Positions 28,001 to 43,000 of a DNA stretch of 64,000 nt are shown here, in pieces. The translations under genes were made by a program, and so were the position numbers. Under the pieces are notes generated by a model. That model was not told where the DNA came from. It made no database searches and saw nothing but the letters and a program-made list of their open reading frames with translations. Position 1 is the first letter of the stretch. Each line of letters starts with the position of its first letter. This DNA is from Ascidiella aspersa (lineage: Eukaryota). The DNA lies in the NCBI GenBank assembly GCA_963924565.1, contig OZ004609.1:36332001-36396000 (forward strand). Direction: 5' to 3'.

Positions 28001-31000
28001 GGTCGCGTTTGAATTCATTTGGTCGCCGACTGCATTAGTTTACATGGTTAAAAGCAATACGAAGACGGACCCATAGTTGGTCAATTTTATATTTTTATGC
28101 TACTGCTTTATTTTTTCTTTGTCATTTCAAGCTAGCAAAATATTTAACGAAGAGAATTGTGCCAAAGCTCCTCTATTTCAAAGCGACAAAGTATTTTTTA
28201 TTCAACAAACTATAACAAATATCCACGAACAATTCCAACCATTAAAAAGTAAGGTTTCGCAGAACGAAACAAGCTAAAATTGTTGCGATTAACACAAATA
28301 AACACACATCATCAAAGGTGTTTGCTTGATGTTTCAACCATCATCAGTTAGTTATGCGTAATGAAGGGGAACCTGAAGCAGCGTTACCGCTGGGTTTTTA
28401 CCCCATTAAATGCTCCACTTTTCTCAATCACAGCCAGTTAAATCACAGTTAAAAACCTAACAACGTCTAAATGTGCGTAGCCGTAGATAAATGCAGCGGT
28501 CTGAAAAACGGAAACCTAACACCCCCGCCTTTCATGTGACCTCCCCCCTGCCGCGCCCTATTATTACATCATAAATTGACGGCAATTATCCTGACCCCCT
28601 GAATCGGCAATTTCGTGCTAGGCCGGTCGAAATTTTCGATGCTATCGAAGGATAGGCGCCGGAAGAAATTGTTTTTGGCCCGTGTTTTACATTTAATGTT
28701 GTACTAGATGGGGGTAGAGCAACAGTGCTATTTCTGCGCCACCTATTGAGCTATATTAAAATTTAATGGCCTTCCAAAGGCGCCCTGTAAACTTACCAGC
28801 CGTGACCGCAAAAGAAGAAAAACTGAAAGCCCAAGAAAATTCCAACTTTGTAATATTTCTTTTCTTCTTCGTTTCTCTTTCTCTCGCCCCTTTTTTCTTT
28901 TATTTTCAAAGCGCCGCTTTTTTCTCTTGGCTTCTCTCGCGCCGCTTAATTGCGTCTCGGCGCGAAGTAGGCTGTCGTTTCCGAACGGGAGAGCGCTCGC
29001 GTTTTAAGATTGTTTCGACTTTAGACGCGACGCGAGCTCGCCGCCGCCGCCGCCGACAGAATTTCCAGGTAGCGCGACGCTGTTGTGACGAAACAGAGGC
29101 GTTTGTTTGGCAGCGGTGACGGAAAGCGGTCGCCTGTGGAAGGGAAGATGTTTGTTGCTGGTGCAGCTTAAGCCGTCGGCGAAAGAAACTGGGAGTTAGG
29201 GGAATAAAAATAGGTTTTCCGCAAATTTAGAAAAAAGTTTTACCTAAAAAAAGAATTTAGTTTAAAATGTGTAGCAAGTGCATTTGTAAGACTGTTCAGT
29301 TGAGTTAAGCTAACGAAAATTACGCTAAGGTTGAGTTTTAAGACTTGAAACTTTTTAACATTTCGAGACTTAATTAGTTAATTTCTTGTCGCTTATTCGT
29401 CGCTTTTTAGTTCCGTTTTATTTCTTATTCGAGCTCTAAATACTAAACCGACGTTTCGAAAATTTACCTAAAAATTGAAATGTATGTCAAGCTCAAAGTT
29501 CTTGGTGTAATATCTCCGGAAGTATTGAAGTTACTGATCGGAAATTTTTACACATTAACGCAAGCAGACCTATCCGGCCATCATACTTTTAGCAAAAATA
29601 TTTTTGAAATATGAGGTGCTTGGTGGAGTATAGTGCAAAGTCAAAAACGAGAAACATCTAAAAACGTGTAAAAGTTAAGCGAAATCTACTTTGGCAACTA
29701 AATACTACAGACTTATAAAAAATACTCTTTGGAATTTTATGACGTATTTAAAGTCGCTTATAAGATGTAAAATATATAAATTTCGCCCTAAATGAATCGT
29801 CAGTCTTTAGAAAAGATGAAATATACAAACAGACTCACAGTGTGCGATGAATGTGCCAGTGCCAATCAAAAGTCATATTCTGGAGCGGAATCGTTACTTT
29901 GTTGACTTGACTGGACGAACTTTTTAACAGCCCTACGTAGGCGTTGGGTTGCGGGATGTATTGGCAGTAAAAAGCAAGCTCTGGCGTCGATTTACAGAAT
30001 CTATGCAAATAAGAAGCAGTGGAGTTGAGAGTGCGAATGCCTGGCGTCACTTGCGCGAGCAATTTATAATTGATTGCTGTTTGCCGAACTAATGATGGCG
30101 AGGTAATTAGGGCTAATGAGCGCTGAGTAATTAGGTATATTTGCCCGTAACTTGAATGCTAAACGCAGCGCTCATTTGCAAAGCTTTTTTTCGCCCTGGT
30201 TTACCAAGTTGGCCAGCGTAACGCAAACAGTAAAAACGACTCATTTGTGTGAATAGTGGTTCTAGTATGTAGCTTTATCATGTAGATTTTTTAACGCAAA
30301 AACAAGTTTCAGTCTGATACACTGGAAGTTATTGCCATTTCACGTAAAAATTTGATCTATTTTGCTTGTTTGGTCATAGTAATGACGTCATTAGATATTG
30401 CATCGGCGATAGTTTTAACCAAAATGTCGCGATCGGAATAAAATAAATACCAAGTACCGGACATTTCTAATCTTTATGAAATCATTAGCAGTTAGGTTTC
30501 TGCTCGTCGATCACTGTTCCACTGAAGCGTATGTAAGCAAGTAAAACTTTAATTGCAAAAACATTTCCTTGAATTGGATGATCTCACGTGTTTAATTTAA
30601 GAAACTAATGATGCCAATTAGACGAAATATATATTCTTGGGAATTGAAATACTCTGGTACTTCAACTTTCCATACAATCATTAACATAGCCCGTGTGGAA
30701 AAATTGACAGATGTCGCGAGAAAATGGCAGAAAAAAATCTGATTGACCCGATCCACTAAAAGTCAAAAGTGCAGCACGCTTAATAAGCGTATGGAAAATA
30801 TATGGGCGCACATGAGGTTGTTTATGGATGTGCGGGTTTGAAAACAACTCGCTGATGCACTGGTAATACTTTCCACAATTAAGTTTTAGTAATGCCCAAA
30901 ACACCGCAATTCTTTAAAGACATACTATAGGCTACTTGGGTACACTATGCACGGATCTGTAATGTAGCTTGATAATAAATTGCAAAGCCAAAAAGGTCGA

Positions 31001-34000
31001 GTAGATCGTCAAATTAGCTGAAGGTGATAGAAGTTCATACCTAAATGTCTTAATCAAGATGATGTCGATCTACTCGACCTTTTTGGCTTTGCGATTTATT
31101 ATTAAGCTACATATTATACATACTTTGAATTTAAGGTTTAAGCAAAACCCCATTTCTATCGCGCGCATTCCACTCAAAGCATTCGCTTGGAAAACTTTGT
31201 TTGGACATCTGCTGCCTTTTCCGTGATGTATTCCAGACTTCTGGCTTAGCAGCTGGTATCATTAAAGTTGCATCAAAATTCTCGGAAGCAAAAAAACAGA
31301 GTTAGAGATTCCAGTAGCGTTTTTCTTCTATAAAATCCTAGATTTCTTATCATTTGCATTTTCTTGGGTTAAAGCAGTTTTTGTGTTATGCATACATAGT
31401 ATTTGGTATTTTTTATGATTATTATATGTGTTTTTCGTGCTACGTAAAGGCAATGATTTTTCAAAAATGTGCCGACTCTAGATATTACGAAATTCAACCT
31501 TTCCAGTCCATTGATCCTTTTTTGTTTTATAAAACCCAGCTTAAATTCCCACCTGGGATAAAGTGCTAGTTTTAGTTCAAATCGCCAGCTTCAAACCCCA
31601 GTTTTACCACATCGCTATTTACCATTATATGAAAGACTGTAAATTCCTTCAATAGGGTTGACGTGATTTCAAGTAATAGCGTTAAACATCACTTTTGCGA
31701 AACTAAAAACTTAATTTGGCGCAATATACTGTTAGTGCGAATTAATTCTAAGGTAAACTGTTTTAAATAGAAGTGGTTCTTCTATTCGTCGTTATAATTT
31801 TCCAAGATTATGTTTTTGTATATAAACCTAATTGCGGTAACGAAATGCTCACATAGATAGATAGATATATTTTATTTGCACGTTTGTAATCGTTTTATAA
31901 CAAAGAATGCAAAGAAACAAATAAATTAACGTGCAGGGTGACGAAAGACCAAAAGGTCACCAAGTCAGTCACCCTTTAAAACACTATAGATTGTATAATG
32001 TATGATGCATGTACTGCGAAAAACCACAAAACTGCAGAAAAAAAACACTAAAGAAAACTAAAGATGTATTTTACATGTATTATTATCCCATGATGCAGTC
32101 GAACTCGTTATTACGAGAAAACAGTGCGAAAAGTGGCAAAAAAAACAAGTAAAAAATTGATAAAAATTTTTCATCACAAAAAAAAAGGTTGAGAACAATA
32201 TGTGATTTTTCATATCTTATGGATTTTTTTGAAAACATGTTACTTTTTGGGAGCTTAATTTCTGTTCAAGTTATTTATTTTTCTCGCCCTAAAAGAGCTT
32301 TAAAACCTCAACTATTTATTTCTGTCTGCAAACTGGAATTTATTTCATAATGTTCATCTTGAAATACCTAACGTCGCCCCAATTACTTTAACGGCCCTAC
32401 GGCTCGCATTTTTTACTGTTAAGTTCGATTTATATCGATGCATTGAAATTATCTCTCGTAACTTGATACTTTAAGTTCGGCAATTGCTTGAAATTACGGC
32501 TTAAGATGCTCGCTTTTAATAGGACAAAATGTTGAGCTCAAAATTATTATCAATTGAAATATAATAGTTTAATTTTGTCCGCTTGCTCAAATTCTAGTCG
32601 TTCCTTGTAAGTAAATAGTTTTGAACACGATTTCTTGCGCCGTGATAAAAATCAATACTTTAATGCATTTAAATGGCGAGTTCGCAGTTTAAATTATAGT
32701 TATACGAAGCATCTTTGCGTCATGCCAGTAATACATGTTAGCTCGAACTGTTCTTTAATTGAATAATTTCAAAATTGCTGTGAGCGTTACGTAAGATCCA
32801 GTGGTCCCATTTTAAGGAGAAATTTCTTATCTCTATAATTCGTCTCCAATCAATGGATGTCTACAATTCCATGCGTCATATCTATCCCGTCATATTTTCC
32901 GCCCATCTATGTAATAGGAATTGCCGCTGAATCACAAAGAAAGGGTATTAAGTGAGCTTTAAATGTTCAGTAATAATTATTTTGACCCCAGTTGTCATAA
33001 AACAGTCATTATGTGTTTGAAGCCTGAAAACCAAGTTATAAAGTACATTTTACTTATTGGATTGTTGAATTGCGGGCCACTTTTATACCACGGTAATTGC
33101 TAGCAAAAGTAAAAAATATATTTAAATTTTTTGAATTGGTATAGCATGTTAATTTGTTTTAAAAAAATCAAATGATTAGTTATTTAGAACTTAAATTTCT
33201 CTTATGAGGAAAGATTTATTCCATAATGTGCGAAATTAAAAATGTAATAAATTAGAATTAGATGTTGAATTTTCCCCAAAATTCAAATAATTAGTTGTTT
33301 ATTACTTACAGCTATCTGCGGAGCAAATATTGCATAATGTGCTACGTTGAACATAACAAGGTTACAACTTTCCAGATTCAAACAAAATTATCCAGTTCAG
33401 TAATAATTGCCCCTTATTTATCATTTCGCACAACACAAAAGGGGATACCAGCTACAAAAACGTTGAACCGTCTAAACACGTAGACACTAAGCGGCGATAC
33501 GCGGTCCCTATACTTCTGCATAATTGCCAATCCCGTCCCTGACCTAAAATAAACAGGGCTGTGTCGATGGGACGTCCCTTGTCCGCCAGACCGTGACCAA
33601 TTGCCGAACGCCGTGTGCGCCTCCCGTTCTATTCATCGCCGATATGAGTAATATTCAACTCAGCTGGATATCGACAGATAACCGTTGGGCGTCCAGCGTT
33701 ATTTAATTGCCATCTTTTAAAAAAACAACGATTTTTTTCTTTTCCAAAGCGCTATGTGTTATTAATCACAGCGTGACTTGACTGGGTAACCGCTGGTGTT
33801 TCTCGGTGATAGTTAATTGCCTATTTTTCTTACCGGGTTACCGTGTGATCTGACGCGTTATGGAAGCAATTTTCGTCTAGAATTTCGCTATTTTCTTTTC
33901 GGCGCCCGGATTAGATATTCTTCCCCCGAAACACGCGCAAAAAAACGCTTTGAAATTTGTAAATCTTGATATCAGCAGTTTTAATGTAAAACAAATAATA

Positions 34001-37000
34001 GTTCTTTGGGTTTGCGGGTGTATGTTAAGAATGAATAAAATGTTATACCAACTTCTGTATGGGCTTTGATATTTATTCTACGTCCAACTACAACCTCCAG
34101 CCATTAATGACCGTAAGATTGTTTGCAAAACGTTCATAAAATGCTACTGTATAGGTTTGGTATTCATTGTACAGGCTTAATGTGTAACTAAAAACTATAC
34201 TGTCCTATTCCGTTATTACCCATTCGTTAATTAAAAATCCAAACGGCTGCAGGTGGCAAATTTGGTCATACACGAGGATTTGTATTCTGTTCAATATTTT
34301 TTGGCATGTGTAAAAATAGTTTTCTGTACCGACGCCAGTAATAATAACTGTCTTGTCGCTTGAAAAGAGTTTATTGCATCGCTGCTTGGCCTTCTTACTA
34401 TCCTATTATATTTTCTTCCAGTCATTTTCGTCTCACGTTTCGCATAGATTAAGATTTTCATCTCGATAAACTTGGGAAAACTTCAGTGAGGTTTCTACAG
34501 ACGTGAAAGTGCGCCAAAAATTACAGCTTTGGCCTAAAGGCAAATTAACCTTACTAAAGATAACTTTAATTATGCAAATTGCAAAAATGACTTCCATAAC
34601 CGTTAAAAAAACGGGTTATATAGAATGTTTTGACTATTTTATCATGTGCTTAATTTTCTAAGCAAATAAGGTAGCAAACCCTTGGAAATAGTCTTTTATA
34701 CGTAAAAGTCTTAAGGCAGAAGAGTATTTCTGTGCAACTAAAACGCCTGGAGCCCAGTCAGTCTGTCCGTTCCAACAAAAACAGGAAAACGCGCAAACTT
34801 TTTATCCGGGCGCTTGTTATTTTTACTCGCTGCCGCTTTTGATGGGTTCACCTTACGGTCAACTTCTCGAAATTTCCCCGGCGCCATTTTTGGTCTGGTT
34901 CCTGCACGTTTAAGTCTTGGTGTGAAATCGACACCAATTTTTAAAATAATGCTGCTTTTCATATATTTTTCTGTTTCAGTATATTTATGGCTACAGTATT
35001 GCGTCAGCGACAGAATTATTTACGGGATTTTTTTAGGTTGTTTCAAGGCGAAACTATGTGATTGTTTTGTAAGAAAACAACAAAATAGTAATTTTTTTTT
35101 AATGTGTTAGTGGCGTTTTAATTACTTTTATTCGATATTTACTACATTTTTTATATACCGGTACCCAACCGGTGTTAATAATAAAGGACAAGAGTATGCG
35201 ACGATATTTCGACCCTTGAAGCAAAAAAGGGAAAATTTAGAATAGATGTTTAGTTTCCTGTGGCGGTAATTTTTAGTTGACGCAAGCGCACAGAGTAAGA
35301 AAAAAAATGAAGACTAATTTGTACATTTGTAAATAGGACCCAGCGCTGTTCCAAGGAAGTTTAAAATGTTTTTACCCAAGTATTTTACTCCCCAGAAATC
35401 CTATGTTGCAAAGCATAAAACCCTTTAAAAATAAAATTCATCTGCTTTGTCCATACGACATTACCTGCTTTATTTAGAGTAATTTTACCTCCTTTGTTAA
35501 ACCGCCATTAAGCCAACTTAAGACAACACGCCTGGCATTTTCCTACGATTTCACCTTTTTTGCCCCCCCCCCTTCCTTTGTGCGCAGGTGCCCCATTGTT
35601 TTCGCACAATAATTAGGACAAATTTATTTATCCGCGTTCACGCATGGCCGACTCGCTTTGTCGCGTCACAATAGCAAAGCTCTTTTGTTGCCCCGCGCCG
35701 GAATTTCCGTTGCTCGCGCGTCGTTAGCTGTTTTTTTTTCCCAAGTTTTTTTTTTCAGTTGAATTATTAGTAAGCGCGATTTTTAACATTTATTGAATGA
35801 AATAACTTGAAAATAACGAGCGAAACATTTTCCATCGATTTGCGCGTCACAAATCGATATAAAATGTAGTTGATTACTTTAAAGTCAAAAAATCCTTTTT
35901 TTTACTAATAACAACTTTTAAACACCCAAATTAAGAAAATTAAACCTAACAATGGCGTACCAATATCGTTAAATTTAGAAATCACTCAAAAATATCTTAA
36001 AAGTAACTCACCAAGAATTCTTAGGCTTTTCTTAGGGGGGTTTATGTGGTACACTATAATCATGTAGGGAAAAGTAGGTCATTAAAAAGTTCTTTGAAAG
36101 TTTTTTATTGTCCTTTCGCCGTTCCAGCTGAAGTGGTGATTTAATGGGATAAGCAATTAATAAAAAAACGGCCCCTGTCTGTTTTGCCAGCGCCCTTTTG
36201 TGCATTTTAAAGCGGCGTCGAGATTATCCCAATTTACCGACGCAACGCTGCGGAATAATCGCCTTATCAGCGCCTTTTAGCGCGCTGGGAAACTTCGTTA
36301 GGTGGCAACTTCAAAGCACAAATTGTTGAGGGGAGAGGGGGGGTGGTTTGTTAAGTTTGATGCCGTCGCCGTTCAACGGATTTTCTTATTCACACGAGCG
36401 TCAATTGTTGTGAATGTTATTTAATGAGGTCCCTTTTTCATCAATTTAACTAATACGCATCAAGCATTAGAGCTTAATGGTAATTTCAAGCAAATTTGGT
36501 TGAAATACATAATAATTTGGCTTATAGGTACGCCTATAATGTAATTTCAAGTCTATTTTGAATCTCAAAGCATTGTTCCTAAGTATGTTGCAGCTTTAGA
36601 ATTTTCTAAACGTCTTCCATTCTTTAAGTAGTATTTTAGTAAATCTGCATTGAAAATTTCTTTAAAACTACTGAATCGTTAACCAATTTATGATTTCAAT
36701 ATTAAGGTCATCTTTGTATTGAAGTTGCCATTCTAGCGCTCTTTTGAGAGTGCGCCGGGCGACCCAATTCGCCGGGCGACCCAATTTATTGAATTGATTG
36801 TTATTCTTGGCATTTCAAGCACTATAGAAGTCGAACCTGCGCACTCTGTGTTTATTTTCTCTTGTCTAATGATAGATCATAGGCTCGTTACTTCGCTTGT
36901 AACAAATAATCAGAACCCAATTTTCGGTATGACATCACGAGCATTGGATCTGTTAAAATCTCTAATCAACCATCGCCACTTAAAGCTCAAACAACCTAAA

Positions 37001-40000
37001 CCAGTTCGGTTATGAATGTTTTTAACTCAGCTATTAACTTGTGGTTCTAATTAAAGGAAACTGTAATTAGACGATAATTCCTAAACTTGGTTAGTTAAAC
37101 CAAGCATGTAAATTTACTTCCTTTTTTTTCCGTGAATTTATCATTTGCCCAAACTGGATAATACACTTATTTATTGGTTATTCCCCCAATAACATCAATC
37201 ATTTAACCCAATATGATATTATTGACAAACGCTTTTCTATTTCGTTAAACGAAAGAATAAATTAAGTTATCATTTCAAACTGAGTTATAACATTAGCCAT
37301 TTTGAACACAACTGATTAAATTGATTTTAGTCGAAGCCCAACGGTCATTAGCAAATCCTCGTCAGGCGCAAAATTAAAAGAAATCGAAGCCTAATGTTGG
37401 CTTCAGTACAAGCCCAGAGCATTCGCCGACTTGATTTGTTAACAGCGCCACATTAAAACGGAAAATTTCAGCAAAGCGCTGCGGCGTCGACAGGTGTATT
37501 GAAAATATCTGAAAAGTCGACAGCTAGCCATCGATTTTATCAGCTTAAACTTCGCGTTTTAATTTCAAAGCCGAGCGTTGATTAGCGGAGCGGGCCAACC
37601 AGTGTCAATATTCGACCTACCCAAGCACGTATTGCCATTAGCCCGAATTCACACCGCTCCATGCGCCCTGTGCTTGCCTCTAGTAGGATTGAACATCGGT
37701 CCCTGTGAATTTCGCAGCTAAGCCGAGCCGGAGATTTTAATTAATTCGAGCGCCTTAAATAGCGCCAGGCGCCCATTGAGACCAGCGAAATGGCCAATTA
37801 ACATTTCATCAGCATAGCTTGTTTAATTGCTACAGTCGAGCTCGACTCTGTAGCAACTATTAATTGGAAAGAAGGGCTACTTTAATAACTCGAAAACGGG
37901 GATATTTCTTTGACAGCAAATCGGAATAAATAGTTGTGGGTAAAGCATCCAATATGCAAGCAAATACTAAGTTTGAATCCTATAATTTTCGTTAAATTCC
38001 TACATTTAGGTAGACTTGGACCACTGGATATTTCTACTTGTCTGGTTAATGGAACTGAAGCAAAATGTTTCTAATTTGTATATCAATATAATTTGTGAAT
38101 TGCGTGTGTCCTCTAATTGTGGTTCCAATTCAATATGGGTTCGCAAAAACACAAACCTGTATTGAGGTAACCTGTATTGAAGAAAATAGTATTCCTTTTT
38201 GTTCTAGTGAGAGCCTAAAATGCTCTGAAATTTTAATTTTGCAGAATAGAATGATCTATTCCCCTCTTCTCCGGTTGAAACCACCCAAACCCCATCCTAT
38301 AGCTTCTTGGTATAACGCCACGTTTAAATGCCGCCTTGCAGTAAAGGTAGAAAATATATACTTTCAAAATGGTAGAAATGAAAACTTAAGTGTAAAAGCT
38401 GTATTGCTTTACAAAGAATTAAAAAGTACGAATAAATATCCAAGATTGGTATTCCTCCATCTCTAATTTCAACCAACGACCCTTTAGGTGGCAAGATTCT
38501 ATCGCTTCTTGTTGTAGCGTCCCGTTTAATTGCCGCCGTGCAGAAACAACAGCGTACTCCGGTTACCTTAACACTGCATAGCCAGGCAGACTCAAATCTA
38601 TCGCCGCAGCCGACTTAATCCGCTCTAATCACATGCTACTTTGGCTAATTAGCGCCGCTGCATGAAAATACGCGGCTCTCGGCTAATTTTGACCAAGTTT
38701 TTCGCACCTCGCTCAAATGAACGAACCAGTTCTGCTGTAATTGCGTTTCCTGTCGAAATTTGCGCGCTAATGGCCCGAATACCGGATGAGCGAGGCAATT
38801 TTTTCCGGCCTATGTATTGGCGCCTCGTGGAAAACACCTGCGCTTATCCGAAACCGCTAGTTATTTGAAGTAATTTCAATACACATTACCAGGAAGTTAA
38901 TTGATTGGGATTAACACCTGTAAGTTTGATCGTAAATGGAAACCCATTAACATACTGAAGAGCCTGACTTTTAGTTTTTTGTGATATACGGTGATTCGTT
39001 GATTTATAAGCTTTTAACAAGGGTTTCACGCATGTAAATAGATTAAGTAAAAAATAAATGTTAAGTAGATTAAGTAAAAAAGAAATATGCTATGAAAGAA
39101 ATTAGTCGTTTGTGGTATGTTCCAAATTGCTAAACACAGTTATTTTTAAAGTTTGTATAAGAAAAACTATTGTTTGTCTAACAGTTTTTCATCTAATTTA
39201 AAATCAACTCAACTAGAATTAAACTTAGTATCACTTCTACAATTATACTAATAAATCAAAATAGGAGTATTTTGTAAAATACGCGACTAATTCGCTTGGG
39301 TTATGTTCCAAATTCGAATACAGTTTAAAGTTTTAAGTCAGATTTGTATAAAAAAACCTGTTGTCTCGTCCACTACTTTTTTAACTTTTTGCTAGCCAAC
39401 ATTTAGCGATGTATTTTCAAAAAATTATAGAAATATTCTTCCGAGTTTTAATTAATTCGCATGACAGTCTGAAGCGTTTCAAAAAAGGAAAAACTTTTAT
39501 TTAAAATCCATTAATAGCGTAGCCAAAAATCACAAAAGTGGCAAATGATAACGAAAAAAAGGACGCTTGCGTTTTTCTCCCATTACAAACAAAACAATAA
39601 ACAGAATTAAACTGCTCGCTCGAATCAAACTTTAAACGAAATTTCCCTGAACTTCAAAAGCCCGGAACCTCAAATCAGATGACCCTTGCTTTATTAAGCG
39701 AATCAATCGCCGAGATTTTTTTTCCGCGAAACGATCCCGAATCAGCGGTGATTGGCAGATAATGGCGCTCGGCTAAATTAGAGGCGTTTTGCGTCGGCCA
39801 AGCTTTCTTAATGCCACGTTAAAATCGCGCGCGCGCTTTCCTCTGTGAGATCATAATCGACACCTGCCGGAATTAGAAACATTTTGCTTCCCACGCAACG
39901 TTTTATTGCGCTGACCAGGGAGGGGTCTTTGGGGAATACAAAGGGGTGCAAACGATATTTAGGGATAACCAGCAGTAGTTTATTTTCATTTCAATTGTAA

Positions 40001-43000
40001 AAAATGGTAAAAATAACCAAAATTGACAAGTGCAATGCTATTGTTTTTATTATACCAGGATGAAATTTGCTTTTGCGTTGAGAAACCCATTTTTCGATTT
40101 TAATCTGATATTTTCTCAGAAATTACCTTTAAAAGTTCAAGGCTTTGGGATTTGAAAAACAAACGTATGAACCCCCTCTAAAATGTAAATCGCAAAACCA
40201 AATGGGCGACCCTCCCTCAAAAACGTGAATCGCACCCTTAGTTTGACTTGCTCGCGGTTAGCGTGAGAGCTGAGCACGGTTTGACCTTTACATCAACAAA
40301 CAGAGCAACATCGCGAATTAATTAGACGCAAAATAACGACAAAGATAAGCGCGAATAAGGAGAAACGATTGGTCTCCGTCGTTTAATTAAACCTATTTTC
40401 CTTTCTATCAGATGCTACAGTCCTCCTGGTTTCCCATTAAAACCTTATCTCGGTTCAGGGCTGGTTACTATGTCCTCATAAACACAAGCTGCTGTCGTCA
40501 ATTACACGCCTGTCTTTCACCCAGCTTGGCTCGCCACTTAATAACGGCTTCACGCCAAATCAGTGTAATTGCTGCAATTTCGTAAACGTGTTTTTAAAAC
40601 AAACTCACCCGCGCCCCTGAATGCAAAACGACGTTTTTTTGCGCGATAAGATTAGGAAGACCATGTGCCGTGTTTCCTAAAAAATCCCCGGGCTGTAAGT
40701 TTCGTTTTTAACAATTGGGGGACCCCTACACTTTTTTTTAAAACACGAAATATTAAAAATACATCTCGGTTTAATTGGAATCAGTTCTCAAAAAATCTAA
40801 AAGTTGTTCACGATCTGTAAAATGATTATATATTATAATTATTCATATAAAATGATTTTCCTCAGCAGTAAATTTTCACGCTGAAAAAATATTTACCTAT
40901 ACTCCGGACAGCGTCTTTATGGACCCCCTTGGGTTCTAATTCATCTTTTGAGAAACACTGATTTAAACGTGCTTTGTATCGCAAAATGATCGAATAGCCA
41001 TGTTTTTTAATGTGTTTTCAAAACAAATTGCTGAAGAATCTTGAATTTTCACCGAAAATTGTTTATATTATATAACCTAATTTTCCATGGTTGAATGCGC
41101 ACCATCAGCGGCCTTTTCCGCCTCGAGGTCGGTCGCGCTTGGTCGCGCACCAATCACAAGGCTCGGAAGCGCCGCAAAAGCCGTTATTGCGCGAAAATTG
41201 CGCGGATTTTGATAATTTTGCATGACGAGATGATTTGTGACGTTAGCTGGTCGCCGATTCGCTTCTAATACGAAATGAATTGCATTTTGTCGGTCGCGCG
41301 ATGCCCCGGCGCGCTATTATTGGCGAAAAAGATGCGTCGGGAGGCTAATCTGTGCTGACAGTTGCAACAGCAAGCCAAGCCCCGGTTATCATCAAATAAC
41401 GGCGCCCGACGCGATAATAAGGCCTCTGGGCGCCCCGACAGCGCTCCATGTCGCATATAATTGCAATAAAAATCGATGGCGGCCATGACAAACATCGTTA
41501 TGCGACGGAATAATGCGGCAGGATGCGGCAGCACGCCGCGTCCAATTTCGCCGCTTATTCCGCGTGTTATTGTCGTCTTTATTGCGCCCCACTGTTGATT
41601 AGCTTGGCCAGGAAACGACGGCCTAATCAGGTTACCCATCCATCGCTTCTTACCGCAGCTATGGTATTGTCTTATGGCCGCTTTTCTAGAGTCTAGAATC
41701 TTGACGGCCTCTTTTTTAGGATTTAGCCATTTAACGGCGTTTTTAATTGTCCTAATTTTGCGGTGTAGGCGTGTAAATACCGAGGAATAATAAAAAGTAA
41801 TACTATAAGAAGCAGCTATTTGAAATAACTAGAGTGTTTGTTGTATAAACAAGCTTTCTGGGCGAAGCTTTTAAATCTTTATGTTAAGTCATTCCTAAGT
41901 ACTAAACTCGCATTATTTAAAGAAACACCAACAGAAACCAAAAAAATCTACTTATTACTGTTAGATTGTGTATTAAAAGGCTTGATTGTGTTACGTTAGA
42001 GGAGGAATCTTAAACTGGAGTCCGTGGACTTTTTTAGAGGGGTCCATTTTGGACAAAATTGAAATCTTGATGAATGGTTAAAAAATTCAAATTTTTTGGG
42101 CGAAAACAGCCGGTTATATAAGTCAATTTATGACGTCATCTCAAAATTCTACGCCGACGTTTGGTCCACCGAACTATAAAAAAATGGGGTCCGCAAAATA
42201 AGAATTTTAAGAATCACAGGCTTACACACGTAGATGTAAGACCCGAGTTTTATAAAATGTCTACCAAAAATAATAGTCTTAACGACACTCCTTCAAACTT
42301 TATAAACTACTGTGAATGTTTGAGCTTATTTGACACAAGCGGACCGCCGGATCCAATATCCACGCTCAATGCCGAGCTCTCAAATTACGCGGCAATCTCA
42401 TGCCGAGAAATATTGACTTTTTCGTCGCTTCGTTACAGTATCACGACCCATTCCCTCCCCGTTTTAAACCCGTCAATTATTTCACCGTTTTCGCCGTTTT
42501 ACGAGGTTATGGCAATTCGGCGCAAAATTTGAGGTTTGTGCAAACTGGATTAGAAAAAAAATGGCTTTTAATGTCTTGGCGGATAAATGTTACGGCTCTT
42601 CTGTGAAATTGGTTCAGTTTATTTCGCTGGTTTTGGAAGTTAAGTTGGACAACGTTTAGATACAGCAGTGTTTCATAATTCGTTTTCGCGGCAATCCAAT
42701 ACTAAGGATAAGTGTAACAGTGAAGTTTTGGTGTTTCTATTCTCTTTTTTCTTGTAAGCTTTAGTTAAACACAGAGGAAATAAGACATTAGCATCAATAA
42801 TTTAGAATTCGAATAATATGAGCCATGTATTTGTATTGTTTTTTCGCAATTTTCTCAAATATTTGAGAAAGCTTGATCAGGACCAATCTCGACAAATCAA
42901 ACCACATAAAAAATTTGCCGGTGACGTCAAAAGGTGGTTTTGCCGGTGACGTCAAAAGGTGGTTTTGCCGGTGACGTCAAAAGGTGGTTTTGCCGGTGAC

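Noticed and set aside
28912-29068. Coding cassette exon within intron 4
   Set aside because: The acceptor (aag) is weak, the length of 157 nt breaks frame, and phase 0 hits TAA. Kept only as a possible non-coding first exon.
41265-41639. 124-aa minus-strand ORF and similar ORFs in GC-rich islands (28766-29119, 46687-47046, 38095-38466, 42161-42532)
   Set aside because: They have no recognisable domains, non-ATG or weak starts and no consistent splice structure, and are expected by chance in locally GC-rich non-coding DNA.
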